Shown here: positions 41,973 through 55,297 of the stretch, in pieces | Layout of the letters: each line of letters starts with the position of its first letter | Position numbering within the stretch: position 1 is the stretch's first letter | Assembly (NCBI GenBank): GCA_030167865.1 | Contig: JALAGF010005473.1 | Span: forward strand, 1-64,000 | Direction: 5' to 3' | Source of the DNA: Craspedostauros australis | Lineage: Eukaryota | DNA: 64,000 nt | Program-made: the position numbers and the translations under genes | Notes under the pieces: model-generated | Databases searched by the model: none | Seen by the model: the letters and a program-made list of their open reading frames with translations, nothing else | What the model was told of the DNA's origin: nothing

Positions 41973-44179
41973 TCACGCCATCCAAACCTCGTCGTTGTCG
42001 AATTCAAAGTCTTCCTCATTGAATTCGTCGTCCAGCAGATCCCAATCCTCGCCACTGAAGCCCATGAGCTCCTCTGTGTCAACATCCAAGAATCCACCCT
42101 GTTGGAATGGTCGCCACGGAGCCTCTTCGGCACCTTCGTCCGCCTTCGATCGGCCCATCTTCTGGCTCTCGTACTCCAGATCTGCGTCGAGGAGCTCTTG
42201 TGGGATGTATACGTTGGTCATGCCAGGATTGAACTCGAAGTCATACTTGCCAACCATGACCAAGTCGCCATCTTCGGCGCCTCGCATTTGCAGTTCACGT
42301 GCGATGCCCATGGCCGCCAGCTGCCGTCCAAATCGCGCAACGGCTTCTGGGTACTCCCAATGCGTCATGCGCGCGATCTGCTCAATGTACTCACCATTGA
42401 CGCGCCATTGTCCTGGGTAGGATGGATCGCTCAAGATTTCTGTTGTGACGAGGTGTGAAGATAGGACAAGTATTGCACAGCGATACCACATATTTCGAAC
42501 AAAGGTTGAGTTTGCGCAAGGAAACAAAGTCAGCTGGGAGAGGCCAATGATACACTTGCACTCATGCGATCGATGCGGAAGCAAGATGGGCAAGCGAGAA
42601 CGGTCACGACCATCATTGATGTACGAGCGCGAGTATCGGAGATGCACTGCCATGGTGTACGAATGAGATCCAAACCCCTCCCACAAGCAAAACAAGCAAG
42701 CAACTTGCGATAGACCAGCGCACAAGATTGAACAGCGCGGAATGAGAACGTACCGTAGTCATCGCTGTCGTAATCCAAACCAACCCTTGCAAGATTGATC
42801 TCCGGTGGAGGTGGAAGATCCGATTCTGGCTGCACGGTGACGAACTTGTTCAGTCTTCCCATCAGCTCCTTTACATTTGCTGTGGTGGCGGCGGAGATGG
42901 AGAGGACTCGCGTGTGGCCCGCCTCCTTCTTCAGCTGCTGCATCAGCTCCTCTTCCTTCTCCTGGACTTCGGGGATGTCCAACTTGTTCAGCACAACCAC
43001 CTGCGGCTTCTGGGCCAGGTATTCGTCGTACTGCTCCAATTCCTTGTTGATGGTTCGAAAGTCTCCGATGGGATCCTCCGACGTACCGTCGATCACATGC
43101 AATAGCACCTTGCATCGCTGTACGTGTCGCAAGAACGCCTGTCCGAGACCAGCGCCGTCGGCCGCACCCTCGATGAGACCAGGAATGTCGCAGAGGATCA
43201 GGCCAGCACCCTCACCACCGAGATCACAAACCCCCAGGTTCGGCACAATGGTCGTGAACGGGTAGTTGGCAATTTTGGGACGCGCCGCCGACGCTGCCGC
43301 CAGCAACGTACTCTTTCCGGCATTCGGTTTTCCCAAGAAGCCAACGTCAGCCACCAACCGTAGCTCGACGGACAGCCATCGCTTGGCGCCCGGTTCTCCC
43401 AGCTCCGCCAGCTTCGGTGATGTGTTGCGTTGCGTCATGAATGCAGCGTTACCGCGTCCACCACGTCCGCCTCTCGCAACCAGCAGCTTCTCTCCATGCT
43501 CCCGCAGCTCGCCCGCTAGCCGTTGCGTCTTCAGCTCCCTAATGACCGTACCCGGTGGCACCTTGACGATGATGCCGCGTCCCTTCTGCCCGTCCTTGTT
43601 CTTGCCCAATCCGTTGCGTCCCTTCGTTGCACGGACGTGCACGCGGTTTCGCAACGGCGCCAGCGTGTTGATAGACTCGTCGCAGAGCAGCCAGATGCTG
43701 CCACCGCGTCCGCCCCGACCACCGGAGGGCCCACCACGTGGTGCACCTTTCTCGCGTCGGAAGGCGACGCAACCGTTGCCGCCATCTCCGCCAGTCACGT
43801 TGATCCGGGCCGTGTCGAAGAACTTCCATTCCTGGTCGTCCTTGACCCCTGCGCCGTGCGTCTTCGTAGCAGCATCACGTCGCTTTTCCAAAGCCTTGCG
43901 TTTGGCCTGCTCAGCTTCTTCGCGGTCGGCATCAAAGACGTCCATGTCGCTTTGTGACTTGCGAACTCGACGAGCGGACAGGGCTGTGATGGTCGATGGT
44001 CCGTTTATTCTGTCTCGCACTTGCTGTCTCGCCCGTACCCGTCCACCATACAACGGCACCTGCGAGGTGCTTCTCACGTGAAACGCCATCGCGGTTGGAG
44101 CCGAAGATGACATGAAAAGCAGACATTGTGCATTCAGAACAGCCGCGAGCACGCAGGCCGAAATGCTGCGGAGCATCAT
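41973..44179 (-). CDS. obgE: Obg/CgtA GTPase, plastid-targeted. Exons 44179-42754 and 42439-41973
   Basis: FFDTARINVTGGDGGNGCVAFRREK, Gly-rich Obg fold, GKPNAGKST, YPFTT, DIPG, NKLD and a C-terminal OCT-like domain (GAEDGDLV). Signal peptide ending in AMA-F. Intron G|GTACGT...ACAG|AA. Confidence 0.95.
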
Positions 44180-44371
44180 GGTTCTTTGAGCTTTCCTCGT
44201 CTTGGGCACGCCGTGCTGTCGAACTGTCGTACTCTCCAGATAGATCTTCGTCTGCGTGGATGTGGCGTCTAATGGCGAGTTCGGCGTGGACCTGAGCGAT
44301 GAAGACACACCTCAAGTCAGGGATGATGCTGTCGCCAGCGTTGGTAACAACAGTGATGGGGATGTTATTCT

Positions 44372-44450
44372 GTGTTGTGGTGTGATGTGTTGTGATGTGT
44401 TTTGATGTGTTGTGATGGGTGGGTTGTGTTGTGATGTGTGGTGATGGGTG
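44372..44450. repeat. Imperfect (TGTGATGTGT)n simple repeat upstream of obg
   Basis: Directly visible. Confidence 0.75.
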
Positions 44451-46217
44451 AGTTGTTTTGTGTCTCGCTTTTTTGGATGGTTGTGGATGATTTACTCCAA
44501 CAAGTCATCCAACAATCTCCGACCAAGTCGATCACTTGTTTCAGATCATTGAGCGGTACGGACTGGTCTGATGGTCGTCAGGAATGCTAGTTGTGCATGT
44601 CGAGTTCTCGCGATTTGGGAGGCCTTGCAGTTCTGCTGAGGTTCGTCCGCAACTTGAAACCCGCCAACACCACTGCATCCAGGAACAGCGTCCCCCTGTA
44701 TGCCTCCTCTGGATTTTGTGTATTCGTCGTGACGGATTTGGGGTGAAAGCCATTCCCGAAACCTTCATGGCGGTTTGCGGTCTCCTCGTCTCTGTCGGGA
44801 TCTGGCTGCCGGAATAGCACTGGGCAGCCTCGAGGAGAATATGATGGATGGAGTGGCAAAGGGGCAGGCTGTTCCTGCAGCTGGGTAGTGATGTGATGCC
44901 TTATTATCGTTCCTGCTGCCGTCACTTGCATCTGTGATGTGCGCGCTTCATAGTTGCATGTAATTGCCACTGCACACTCCAGATTACTCGTACGCATGCA
45001 CGAGTATGAACGCTCCCCTATCGGAGCTTTTGGACGACGTGCTCAGAGAATGGTCGTCCGAAATGGCCGTTGAGGCAAATATCCCGGTTGAGTGCTGAAT
45101 TTCGTCAAAGAAAGAGCTCAGAAGGAATGCATTGAGCGCTGCCCTTTTGTGACTCTTGGTTGGCTGTGCTGCAGCTGATTGGATTCTCTAGTCTGTGGAT
45201 AACGTATGCTTTGGAGCTTGTCCTGCGTCGTGTGTTGCCGACGATGAAGCGAATGGCGTGTATGGTTGGCTGGTGAAAAACGATACTCCACCACGGGAAA
45301 AGCAGGCGGTCTTACGATGTCGCAAGGCATAAGGTTCAACAACAATCCCATTTTGGACGAAGACCGAATGGCCAAAAGAAGAGTTTGGGTTCTGTCAGTC
45401 CTGGAAAGGTTTAGTAGGTTGTCGTCTGATCTTACTCACTCGGGTTCGGCTGTTTTGCGGATGTTCTTTGATGCCACATACGTGCACTACTGCGCGTTGA
45501 TTTGTTCTTGGTTTCCTTGGTATTTGATCTACCTCGTACTCTATGGTTGACGCCAGTACCCACGCGTAGCTCGTACGATGATGTTTCGAAGTGATGACGG
45601 TAGTGGCGCTGGTCTGGCACTGATCGTGTCACATTGCGCGGCCAAATGAGTTTGTCCTCTTGTTGAAAGCGAGGGAGCGGTACAAAACGCTCAACAATTT
45701 GCCCCGTTGCGTCCATCGACGCGACCTCTGACGGCAGACTCAAGGAAAGTTTCTTCGTGGTCTTGCCACATTCTTCCACGGATGAATCGCAAAGCGTTTG
45801 TGCTGACGATTGCTGTTCTAGGGTGCGACTGCTCTCCGTGTTGCGAGCTATGTATGGTGCGACTATGTATGGTGTCAACGCATGCACAAGTACTCGTCCT
45901 CGTCTTGAGGAGTGATTGGCTCATGCCACGGATGCATTCACCTTGATGTGGTCCACCGATCTCGTCTGAGTTGTGTGTTTCGCTCTGCTTGTTTTTGGTT
46001 GGGCGTGTTCCGCAACACAGGGCATTCCTCCTCCGCCTCGACCCAATCCATCTCACAAAATCAGAAACCACCAACTCGCAACACAAACCAAACCACAACC
46101 AACTTTCAAATCAACAAGCCATCGCATAAAAACAAACACAATTTCAGCGTCAAGCATAGCGCAGCACCAAACACAACATACGCCACACGACGCAAAATAC
46201 ATAGCACACAATACACG

Positions 46218-46925
46218 ATGACCACCATCATGAAGACAACCACCCCGTTCCCTGCCATCAAGGAGGAGGATCAGCAATCGCAACCTGAGCAGTCTACACG
46301 CGTCCGCAAGGTTTCCTTTGCCGGCAAGGTTCGCATCAAGAAGACCATCTCACGATCATCTTACACGCCAGAGGAGATTGAGGCGACATGGTTCACCAAG
46401 GCCGAATACAAGACCATCACACACAAGGCGCGCAGAATCATCAGCAAGATGAAGAACAAGCTGCCGTGCCCATACTGCACGCGTGGGCTGGAGGGAATGG
46501 TCGGCGAGCGCTCCAAGCACAAGCAGCAGTACCGCAGATGCGTGTACCGCATCGTTCTGAGCGATGGCGCGTGGATCGCGGAGGAAATGGAGATCAACAG
46601 ACTAAACGGACGCGAGTTGTCTCGTGAAGAAATCATCGCTGAGCGTTACCATCAGATCTCCGTGCTATGCCAACTGGAAGCCTGCATGCGTGGCAAGGCG
46701 GATGCTGTGAAGAGCCAGTCCATGGACAAGGGCATACAATCAGCATCGCAGTCGGCAACAGCAACAGCGGCATCAATCATGACATCGCCAAAGGCCGCGC
46801 GCCAGCAGCTTTCCATGCAGATGGGCAAGAATGCCAGACAAAGCGGGCTATCAGCACAGTCGCAACCGTCGCTCAGCCCAGCCGTGCAGGACAAGCCTCG
46901 GTTGCCCACAGCTCGAGCCGCCTAA
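46218..46925 (+). CDS. Hypothetical protein of the diatom-type 'KVxF...W(F/Y)...CTRGLE' family
   Basis: RKVSFAGKVRIKKTISRSSYTPEEIEATWFTKAEY...YCTRGLEGM...IAERY...RGKADA; ATG follows a CA-rich leader. Confidence 0.8.
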   Translation: MTTIMKTTTPFPAIKEEDQQSQPEQSTRVRKVSFAGKVRIKKTISRSSYTPEEIEATWFTKAEYKTITHKARRIISKMKNKLPCPYCTRGLEGMVGERSKHKQQYRRCVYRIVLSDGAWIAEEMEINRLNGRELSREEIIAERYHQISVLCQLEACMRGKADAVKSQSMDKGIQSASQSATATAASIMTSPKAARQQLSMQMGKNARQSGLSAQSQPSLSPAVQDKPRLPTARAA

Positions 46926-47750
46926 ACGCCGTACCCGTGAACGGCCATGTACAGTTTGAATCAGAAATTGCATCTGATAGAATCTTCCGACTGCGGAGTT
47001 TTGCACATTTCCATGTACCCATTAGAAGTCGATGAAGAGATCAACCAATCGATCCTTCCATTCGGCAAAACGACAGCATTCTCTCGAGAGAGAATAACAT
47101 ACACACACAGTATAAGTAATCATCAATAGCGACAGCTCAACCAACACAAGATTAATGCGCCTAGTCCCATGTGCCCCCGCGTGTTCTTTTCTGTTCTGTT
47201 ACGGTGTGTTGGGGGTGTGATTTGGCAGAGTGCGTTTGGCTCTCATCGTGTTATGCCGTTCCTCCTTGCGGTTGAAGTTGGACAGAATATAGTACAATAA
47301 GCGCATAGTAAAGCCGAGCAGAGCTGAGTTGAGTTCAGCAGCAACAGAGAAGAGAAGGTTTGATTAGCAATACGGTTCTCAGCAGCAAAGGCACGAGTGC
47401 ACCCGCACCCCAAGAAGAAAACAGCGGAGGATCAAGCCCAAAAAGAGTCCAAACTACTCTTGAACTTTGTCTGTGGGCGCGCAATGGAACGCGTTGACAT
47501 GTTGCATCGCGTGCCATTGAATCTTACTGCGGAGAAACAAAATCGACAAGGGTTCACACTATGGCAACGCCCATTGGGTTGTTCCGTCCTTGGAAACTTT
47601 CGTGAGCACGCGTCTGCAAGTGTGCGCGTCTCGGGCGAAGGGTGCGCAGAGCATGGCATGGCACCACGTAAGGTGAGATTTGATGGTGCCACAGGTGATG
47701 GTGGGTTCATCCTCCTGATTCCTCAGGCTGTGTTGCAGATGGTATGGTGT

Positions 47751-47796
47751 GGGTATGATGCGGGTATGATGCGGATAGGATGCGGGTATGATGCGG
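47751..47796. repeat. 11-bp tandem repeat (GGGTATGATGC)x4, imperfect
   Basis: Directly visible. Confidence 0.8.
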
Positions 47797-48267
47797 CATC
47801 GGAGGCAAAAAGAGGCGAACACGTAGTTTCGATTCTCTCATGATGGACTTCGTCGCGGGAGGTTCGGCCTTGATGCGAAGCCGCGCGAGTCTTGCCAAGG
47901 CGCAATCATGTTTTTGGAACACACCGACGTCGTCCAGACCAACCGGAGCACATGCGGCTGCGAGATTTGGGAGAACACGATCGAGGGTTTCCGAACACCC
48001 AAATCATGTGTGGAAGGAGTCCGAATCCAAAATGCCTGACACCTGCACACCTGCACAACTGTCGTGTGATGTTCCTCTGCCAAACAGTTCATCGCAATGC
48101 AATGCAACGCAATACGTTGCCACATCCTATCGAATTGGGTTGCATCATCATTCTCTTCTCTTGGCATCAACCGAGGCATCCCACAATTCTGAATTAGCGA
48201 AAGAGAGAGACAACACGAGACAAAAGAAAAGCAGGGAACAAGGAAGAGACAAAGCAAGGCGAACACC

Positions 48268-49515
48268 ATGACGGCAACGCAACCCAACGCGATCGATGAT
48301 GCGGAGAGCATGCTGCGCAAGACGCTCAAGTCGCTGGGCGTGCGCAAGGAGGCCCTGGAGGCCGAGTCGGAGGCAATCACGAGCGAGCTGACATCGCCAC
48401 CGAACGGTGATGACACCATACCTCCCATGGGCATCGATACTCCGTTGGTGGACTCGGACGGATATCCGCGAGGCGACGTCGACGTGTACCGTGCGCGGAC
48501 GCTGCGGGGACGCTTGGCGGTGATCAGGACTGATCGCGGCGAGCTCATGCGCGAAATCGAGCAGTCGTTGGTGCAGTTGGCGGCTTTCAAGGTGCGTGAG
48601 TCCTTGTTGGTTGGTGAAACGCTGGAGTGAATGTGTGGATCCCTGCAGTGTCGCATGGCGAATGCTACACGTGCGATTGCGCATAGGTTCCTCTCCGTTT
48701 GCTGTGCATGGCGTGATCGACGTCGGTTGCTCTTCACTTTGTTTCACAAAACGTGACTCTACTCTATTGAGTACACCGTCTCACGTTGTCATCACGCTTT
48801 GCCACCTCAACTCCCGCTTCCACTCCAACACCCATTTTTCGTACGCAACGTCAATGGCAATCCCAATGGCAACGCCAACGCCAACGCATTGCGCCATTTT
48901 TAGAATCCGAACAAGAAGAAAGCTGAAGAGAAGGAACTGCAGGCAAGGTTGGCGCCGAAGCCCAAGCCAAAGTTCGATCCCAAAACAGGAAAGTGGGTTG
49001 TGAAGAATTGGAATGGCGCAGTTGCCGGTGTTCCTGGAGGAGACAAGCGGAGCTTCGACAACCTCGACAACCTCGACGAGGAAGCCACAGAATCACTGGC
49101 AACACAGCCGGGGAAATCACGGGATCAGTCGCAGCAGCAAAGCCAGGATGCGCAAAAGGCGTCTGCCGCAAAGCAAAGCCTCCAACTGTCACCCGAAAGC
49201 TTGGCAAGACAACCATTTTGCAGAGTGGACGCCGTGGCAAACGATAGTCCTGCCGCCGCAGCAGGTCTGCGCGAGGAGGACTTAATTGTGGAATTTGGTC
49301 CCATCCATGAGACCAACAACAATAATCTGCGAGCCATTGCAGCTCTTGTGCCAGATGTGGCAGGCGAAAAGGGCACCATCTACCTGCTGATCAAGCGATC
49401 GAACGGCAACGGCACTGCAGCACCACAGTACGCAAGATTGGAGCTGAAACCGCGGCCTTGGAGCGGGAGAGGGTTGTTGGGCTGTCACATTGTTCCGCAC
49501 ACTGCTACCGCGTAG
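48268..49515 (+). CDS. PSMD9: 26S proteasome assembly chaperone PSMD9/Nas2 (p27). Exons 48268-48591 and 48904-49515
   Basis: Nas2_N motif TPLVDSDGYPRGDVDVYRAR, then PDZ PFCRVDAVANDSPAAAAGL...PRPWSGRGLLGCHI. Intron AAG|GTGCGT...TTTAG|AAT. Confidence 0.93.
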
Positions 49516-50058
49516 CGCTTTGACATGCAGCACCAAATGTGCGTGTGCGGAAAATCAGGATGGATGGAGAGAGACAGGGAGCGCGAATCGTACAGTGGCT
49601 GGATGGCATGCTATTCGGAGAAACATTCTTGCCACTCTTTCCAGGAGAGAACGAACAAGAGCAATGGCAACACCAATAGCAACACCATAACGATATTCAA
49701 GTACTCTACACGGTATTCATTCTACCGTTAAGCCGCAGTCCATCCGAGCAGGGAGCTCATTCGTGTGCTTGTATTTCTGCACTCCTGTGACCTTCGTCGC
49801 CATGCCTCCACCACCTTTCTTCATCCTGTTCCCATCTCCAACAACTGCACGACTCCTGTCACGGGACCAAGTGCGGCGCATCCATGATGCCTTGAGGAAT
49901 CCGAACCCACCGACTTCCCCTGAGAGTTTTCACATCGCACGAGTATTGTTCATCGTGACACAGCGACACCGCGACATCGCAACTTACTCGTACCACGACA
50001 TGTGAAGCCAAGGCATGTCGTTTTCACATGGCTTTGTCTTGGCTCGCCTCATCCCACC

Positions 50059-50616
50059 TCAGTTCAACCAAAGTGATGACAAATACAGCATCGTTGTCGT
50101 CGTCGCCGTCGCCGTCGATTCAATCACATCACTCAATTCTTCATTCCAGTAAGGAACTTGATCATTTTCGACAGGATTCCAAGAATCGATGTACCCTTCC
50201 AAGAAGAAGAACCCGGACACGTACGCCGCCGCCAGTCCAGCACCCACGAACATTGCGGCCGCCAACACGGGTTGCTGTGTCAGCAAGTTATCCGTCATGC
50301 CTTCGACGTTCTTGAAGGACGAGCGGCAGGCCTTCAGAAAGCGATTCACTTTGGCTTCGAATTCGCGATCGTCATCGTTCATGAGACGCAGCGTCATCGT
50401 TCTTTTTGCTGCTGCGTGTTGCGATCTGCTTGGTCGATGAGCTTCCGCAGGATGAGTCGGATGATCTGCAACACACCCAGAGCGCTGTTGTTGGGATGAA
50501 TGCGTTCGGAAGATTCCTCCCGTGTACCTTCTTGGCATCGTCGTGAATGCAGATCCGAATGAACACCACAGCAGAGCAACCATGCTGCGCTTTATCCACT
50601 TAGCAACAGACGTCAT
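50059..50616 (-). CDS. Hypothetical membrane protein, probably plastid-targeted
   Basis: Signal peptide ending in GSA-F, a transit-like region, then a TM helix (PVLAAAMFVGAGLAAAYVSGFFFL) and WNPVENDQVPYW. Confidence 0.7.
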   Translation of the reverse strand: MTSVAKWIKRSMVALLWCSFGSAFTTMPRRYTGGIFRTHSSQQQRSGCVADHPTHPAEAHRPSRSQHAAAKRTMTLRLMNDDDREFEAKVNRFLKACRSSFKNVEGMTDNLLTQQPVLAAAMFVGAGLAAAYVSGFFFLEGYIDSWNPVENDQVPYWNEELSDVIESTATATTTTMLYLSSLWLN

Positions 50617-51247
50617 TGCGATGATGGTGTCGATGATGATGTTGGTGGCAGTGTTGAAGATATTGTCGCAGGGAATGAAGAATGGCTATCAGATGCGACA
50701 GTGATGGAAACAACGATGGCAATGACAATGATGGCTGAATCTGGAAAGGTGCTCCTTCCCTCAGCGGTGCGTGGCGCTTACATGACGCGGGTGAGCACCA
50801 CAAGAAAGTGCACCAATCAAGAAGGAAGGCAATTGGAAGTTCTTCTTCCTCTCAGTTTCCACATCATCGAAACAATGATGTGTACGCGTAGCGTCTTCCT
50901 ATTTCCGATTCGTACACATTTTCCACCAACTCAGACGGTAAATATCCATATCATTGCGTCAACCGTGTTTTGCAAAGGTGTATGTGTTGATGTTGAACCT
51001 TCTTTGTGTCAATCAACGATTTAGTCCTGAATGAATGACTCCCGAATTGCGTGACCTACACAATAGTCTACATCATCTAAGATAGACTATAGAAGACTGC
51101 GATGAAGTTCGCGAGAGCAACTCTCTCCGAGAAGTACACTGCTCGATCACACACAGGCTGACGAAACTATCTCTTGTCAACTGCATGGCACCATGATGAA
51201 TGATATTCCTTCATCCTACTGCTCCCTACGAGCACATACAAGCGCGT

Positions 51248-54200
51248 TCACAGCATTGGCTCCACATCCGACATCGTCATCGGCGCCTTCGGCGGCCAAT
51301 GGCTCTTCGTGTACACCGGCCTGTACCGCGTGTAGGACCACGAAGTGTAGTACTCCCTGCCGTTGTCATCCGTCACGATCTCTGATAACCTCCCGGCATC
51401 TTTCAGCACACGATGTCGCCAGTAATTCAAGAACAGCTTGTTCCATCCCTCGAAGTCGCTGTCTTGGAATTCTGGACTTGCGATGTAGTTCCGCATCTCC
51501 TCCACCAAGCGTTCTTGGGAGTAGTCCCAGCTGCGCAGTTGCAGCACGGGCAGACCTTTGTACAATTCTGCGTATTCCTGATTGTACGCCACGATGGGGA
51601 TGACGCCCAAGTATAGCAGCTCGTAGGTTCGATAGCAATCCTTTCCCTGCGTACGCAGTGTGGTGACGAGTCATTGGGCGTCGAGCATTTTGGTGGAGCC
51701 GTCCACATGTTGGAGAAAATGATTTGTGAGATCACAATGAACGCAAACCATGAGTGCAACAAAGTGTACAGATCCATTTGCAAAACAAACGAACGAACGA
51801 ATGAACAAATAAACAAACACGCGCATGCACACGCATGCACGCAACCAGCCAGCACTTACATTGCCCGGTGGACTCAATCCGAAGAGATAATGCCTTGCGG
51901 CATCGTAAATCTCGGCCGATTGGAATTTGCGCTTGCTGTGAGAACATGAAATGTCATCAAATGGTTCCGTCGTGCGGCCATCGCAGGCCATGTTGAACGG
52001 ATGCTGCCGATGCTTGCTGTGCTCGTTGATGCCGAACTTGACGAACAGCAGACGGCTCGTGTCGGTGGCGGTCTTGAGCTCGACGGATTCCGTGAACCGT
52101 TTCTTGTTCTCGCCGGCGAAGGGGTTGGCAAAACCCACGCTCCTTTGGAAGTCCGCCAGGTATTTCTGGTGATCGAACGCTGCGGATAGGCCCAGGAACA
52201 TCATTTGGAATTTGGCCTCGGAGGCACCGCCGCTGTACGACGGGTTGATGCCGTACCAATTGATCAAGAGTTCGTCATTTTGCAACTTGTCCCTGCCAAA
52301 ACCCTTCGGTGCCCATGGTTCGGTGCCGTCCGTGCCGCCTGTGATCAGCACGAACGGCTTCTTGAGCTTGGGACGGTAGCGGTCGTAAAATCGCATGAGG
52401 CCGCCACCTTCGTGATCGGTGTAGATGATGGTGCCCGACTGCAGACATGGGATGATGTCCTCGACGAGGTCCGACGATGAAAAGTCCAGGTATTCCCGCC
52501 TCCTGTGCCCCAGCATGCCAACATCGGCCAAGTCCAACCCATCGACGCTGGTGATCAAGTGCTCGCGATCCTGATCCAACGAGATCGCCACGCCCTGCGC
52601 ACAGCACGTATCTGTGCAGTACTTCTTGTGCGGGAACCACGGCGCTTGCGTGACGACCGTGGAACGCTGATACGAGGTCTCCATCGGCGGTCTCCCGTCC
52701 TTCTTCTTCTGCTTCTGCAGGGTCTGCGCCAAAGCGTGTCGCAGGATGTCCCGTTCCACCGCTGACTTGTACGGAATCGGCACCTCGAAATCGCTGGGAG
52801 TTTTCCCCATGTTGTGCTGCGAAAGGAATGATTTGATCCATCTGTCGCACTGGTCGAACGCGCGGACGATCGGCACCACGCGCAATGGATCGTCCTTCGA
52901 TTTGAAGTGATTGATGATGTATCCCGTCGTCTCAAAATCGACCTTGACGATGTCCAGTTGACTGTGGTTTGGGTGCTTGTACTGGTTGAAGCATGGTCGA
53001 CCCACGGACATCGCGTAGCCAGTGCCGAATGGCATGGTGGCAACCGCCGTGGAACCGAACCTGCCGTTGTAGTACAAGAAGTTCGCGATGGCATCATCCG
53101 TGAGTTTCGGATAATGGCAATTTGGTTCAGTGATGAGGTGATTGAACTCGTCCACCAAAACCGATAGGTATCGATGTACACCGGGCTTGGTGCCAAATGC
53201 AGATCGGGCCGTAAGGTACGGCCGGTTGTCGCCGATGTCCGCCTCGGCCTTCTTTGCGTAGCACTCCGTTGTGGCCGTGCGGTACCCGTTGCTGGAAGAT
53301 ACTGACAGAAAGCGCTTGGGGTACTGTTTGCTGCCATAGTAGGGATCCGAGTGCGGCCCCATCTCCTCTGTCAAGAAGAGATCCTTGCCATCGAGTTGAG
53401 GCACCTGCGAGAATGGATTCGATTGGAAGAAGGAGGTTCTGCTGTCAATCTCCAAGAGAACACGGCCGGTGCAAGCCTCGCACGCGTTCAACCACTGACG
53501 TGCCAACTCGTACCGACCCCACTCGGTTGCAAATTTGCCTGCTGACTTGTAGCAATGAATGGGGCGGCCGCGTTTGTCCATGTAGCTGCCGGCATTGCCT
53601 TCGCAGGTCTCTTTCGTCAGCGAGTACATGGTAACTTGCCAACTGACGAGCATGGACTTGTCTTCTTCGGAGAGCCCTTCCGGCACCCCCATGATGATGT
53701 GGCCTCTGTACCCCGTGTTGCGCAAGGATCCCACGAACCAAGTGAGGTCCCGCTTGTTGACGTTGCCCGCCGTTGGGTTGAGGGAGATGATGACATCGTT
53801 GCCCAAAGGTTTCGCCTTGAAGATCAAGTTTGCAGGAGCAGGCACCGGATCATCCTGCTTCTGCCTTTGCAGCATGGCATCGATCTGCTGCTGGCAATCC
53901 GGGCAAGGCAACGGATTGTTGACGTAGTTTTCTTTGTTGCCCGTGCGGAATTCCTCGGGATTGTAGAGCAGAGTTCCATCCGCAGCCTTGACATCGGGGA
54001 TCGGCTCTGCGTGGATGTTGTTGAGCAGGGTGACGTTGATCCCCAGCTGCTGTTCCAACGTGAGGCCCTGTTCGCGCTCCGCAAATACGTGTGCAACTCT
54101 GCGCTTCTGCCATTCCTCGAACGTGACGACATGATCTTCCTTCGTCTCTTCATCCGTTTCTTCATCAGCTTCCTGAACTCCGTCTGCCAGCTCTGCTTGT

Positions 54201-54505
54201 TGCTGCTTTGTACGACCGGCTATCTCCTCCTGCTGCCGTTGCTGCCTTTGTTGCTGCTGCAACAGCTGCTGCAGCTGCTGATACTGTTGCTGCAAGGCAG
54301 CATCCTGGGGCTTGGCACCGTCTCCACCTTCATGGTTGAGGATGACCCGATGCACGAACGTGACCTGCATGATGAACACGAGAGCCCCAATCATCGAAAA
54401 CCCAAGCAGCAGCTGATTCATCGAAAGCTTCTTCGATGATGACGGCGACATCGCTGCCTTGCGTCGGGATGTCGGAGACATCGCCATGTTGGAGCTGTGC
54501 TGCAA
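51248..54505 (-). CDS. Large type-II membrane two-domain glycosyltransferase-like protein (GT-A-like plus exostosin/GT47-like). Exons 54505-51860 and 51646-51248
   Basis: TM helix and Q-rich stem. Domain 1: FVGSLRNTGYRGHII...IDSRTSFFQSNPF. Splicing gives SPPGNGKDCYRTYELLYLGVIPIV, an exostosin-like motif. Confidence 0.8.
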
Positions 54506-55297
54506 ACCCCGTCGAGTTGACTATTGGGACGGAGGATAGAGTGTGGAGAAGAGTTGCTCTGGGGAGAGTATTGTATGATGTTCACTGTGCGCATACAAGG
54601 ATCGCACTTGGAGGACATGGGAACATGAACTTGCAGAGGGTCTCTCGGTATAGTAGGCCGTAGTGGCGGCAGGCGGTGATTGTTCCCTTCTGCCTCTCTC
54701 GTTTTGTTGTCCACGTGCTTTTCCTCCATTTGGTGGACAAAGCGAGAAATGACCCGGTTGTGTCCACAAAATATCAATTGTCGATTCAACGGATATGTCG
54801 ACTTGTCCGAGCCAATCATTCATGTTTCGAAATGGAGTTGCGGTAAATTATTTCTATTGATGTATAATATTGCTGTCGTTTCTGTGTCGTAGTGACGTCT
54901 CGTGCGAACAACGAAACGAGCAGCTTCAAAATTTGAGATCCAACCGCCCACAATTTCGCAACAAAGGTCCAGCAACTCTCTCGCTGTCCAACAGATCTTT
55001 GTTGCCGTCTGTGTGCTGTGATGCGATGTGATGTGCTGTGTTGCACTGGACAAGATAGTATCAGCCATCGTGCGTATCCATTTGAAAGCGCCTCATTCGT
55101 ATGTATTTCTGCACGCTCGAATGCATCTGTTCCGAAACTGGCGTGGTCAGTGTTAAAGCTCACGACAGTACCAATACTCACACTCTTGCGCATTCTCTCT
55201 CACCAGAGAGAGAGAGACAAGAGTGATCGAAGTACTCCAAAGCGGGATGCGGCAGCGGTACCCTCGTGCACACTCCTAGTCGTACATACACAACAAT

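Noticed and set aside
44500..48200. ORFs such as 45432-45887 and 47838-48737
   Set aside because: No recognisable motifs, and they are partly antisense to PSMD9. Only 46218-46925 is supported.
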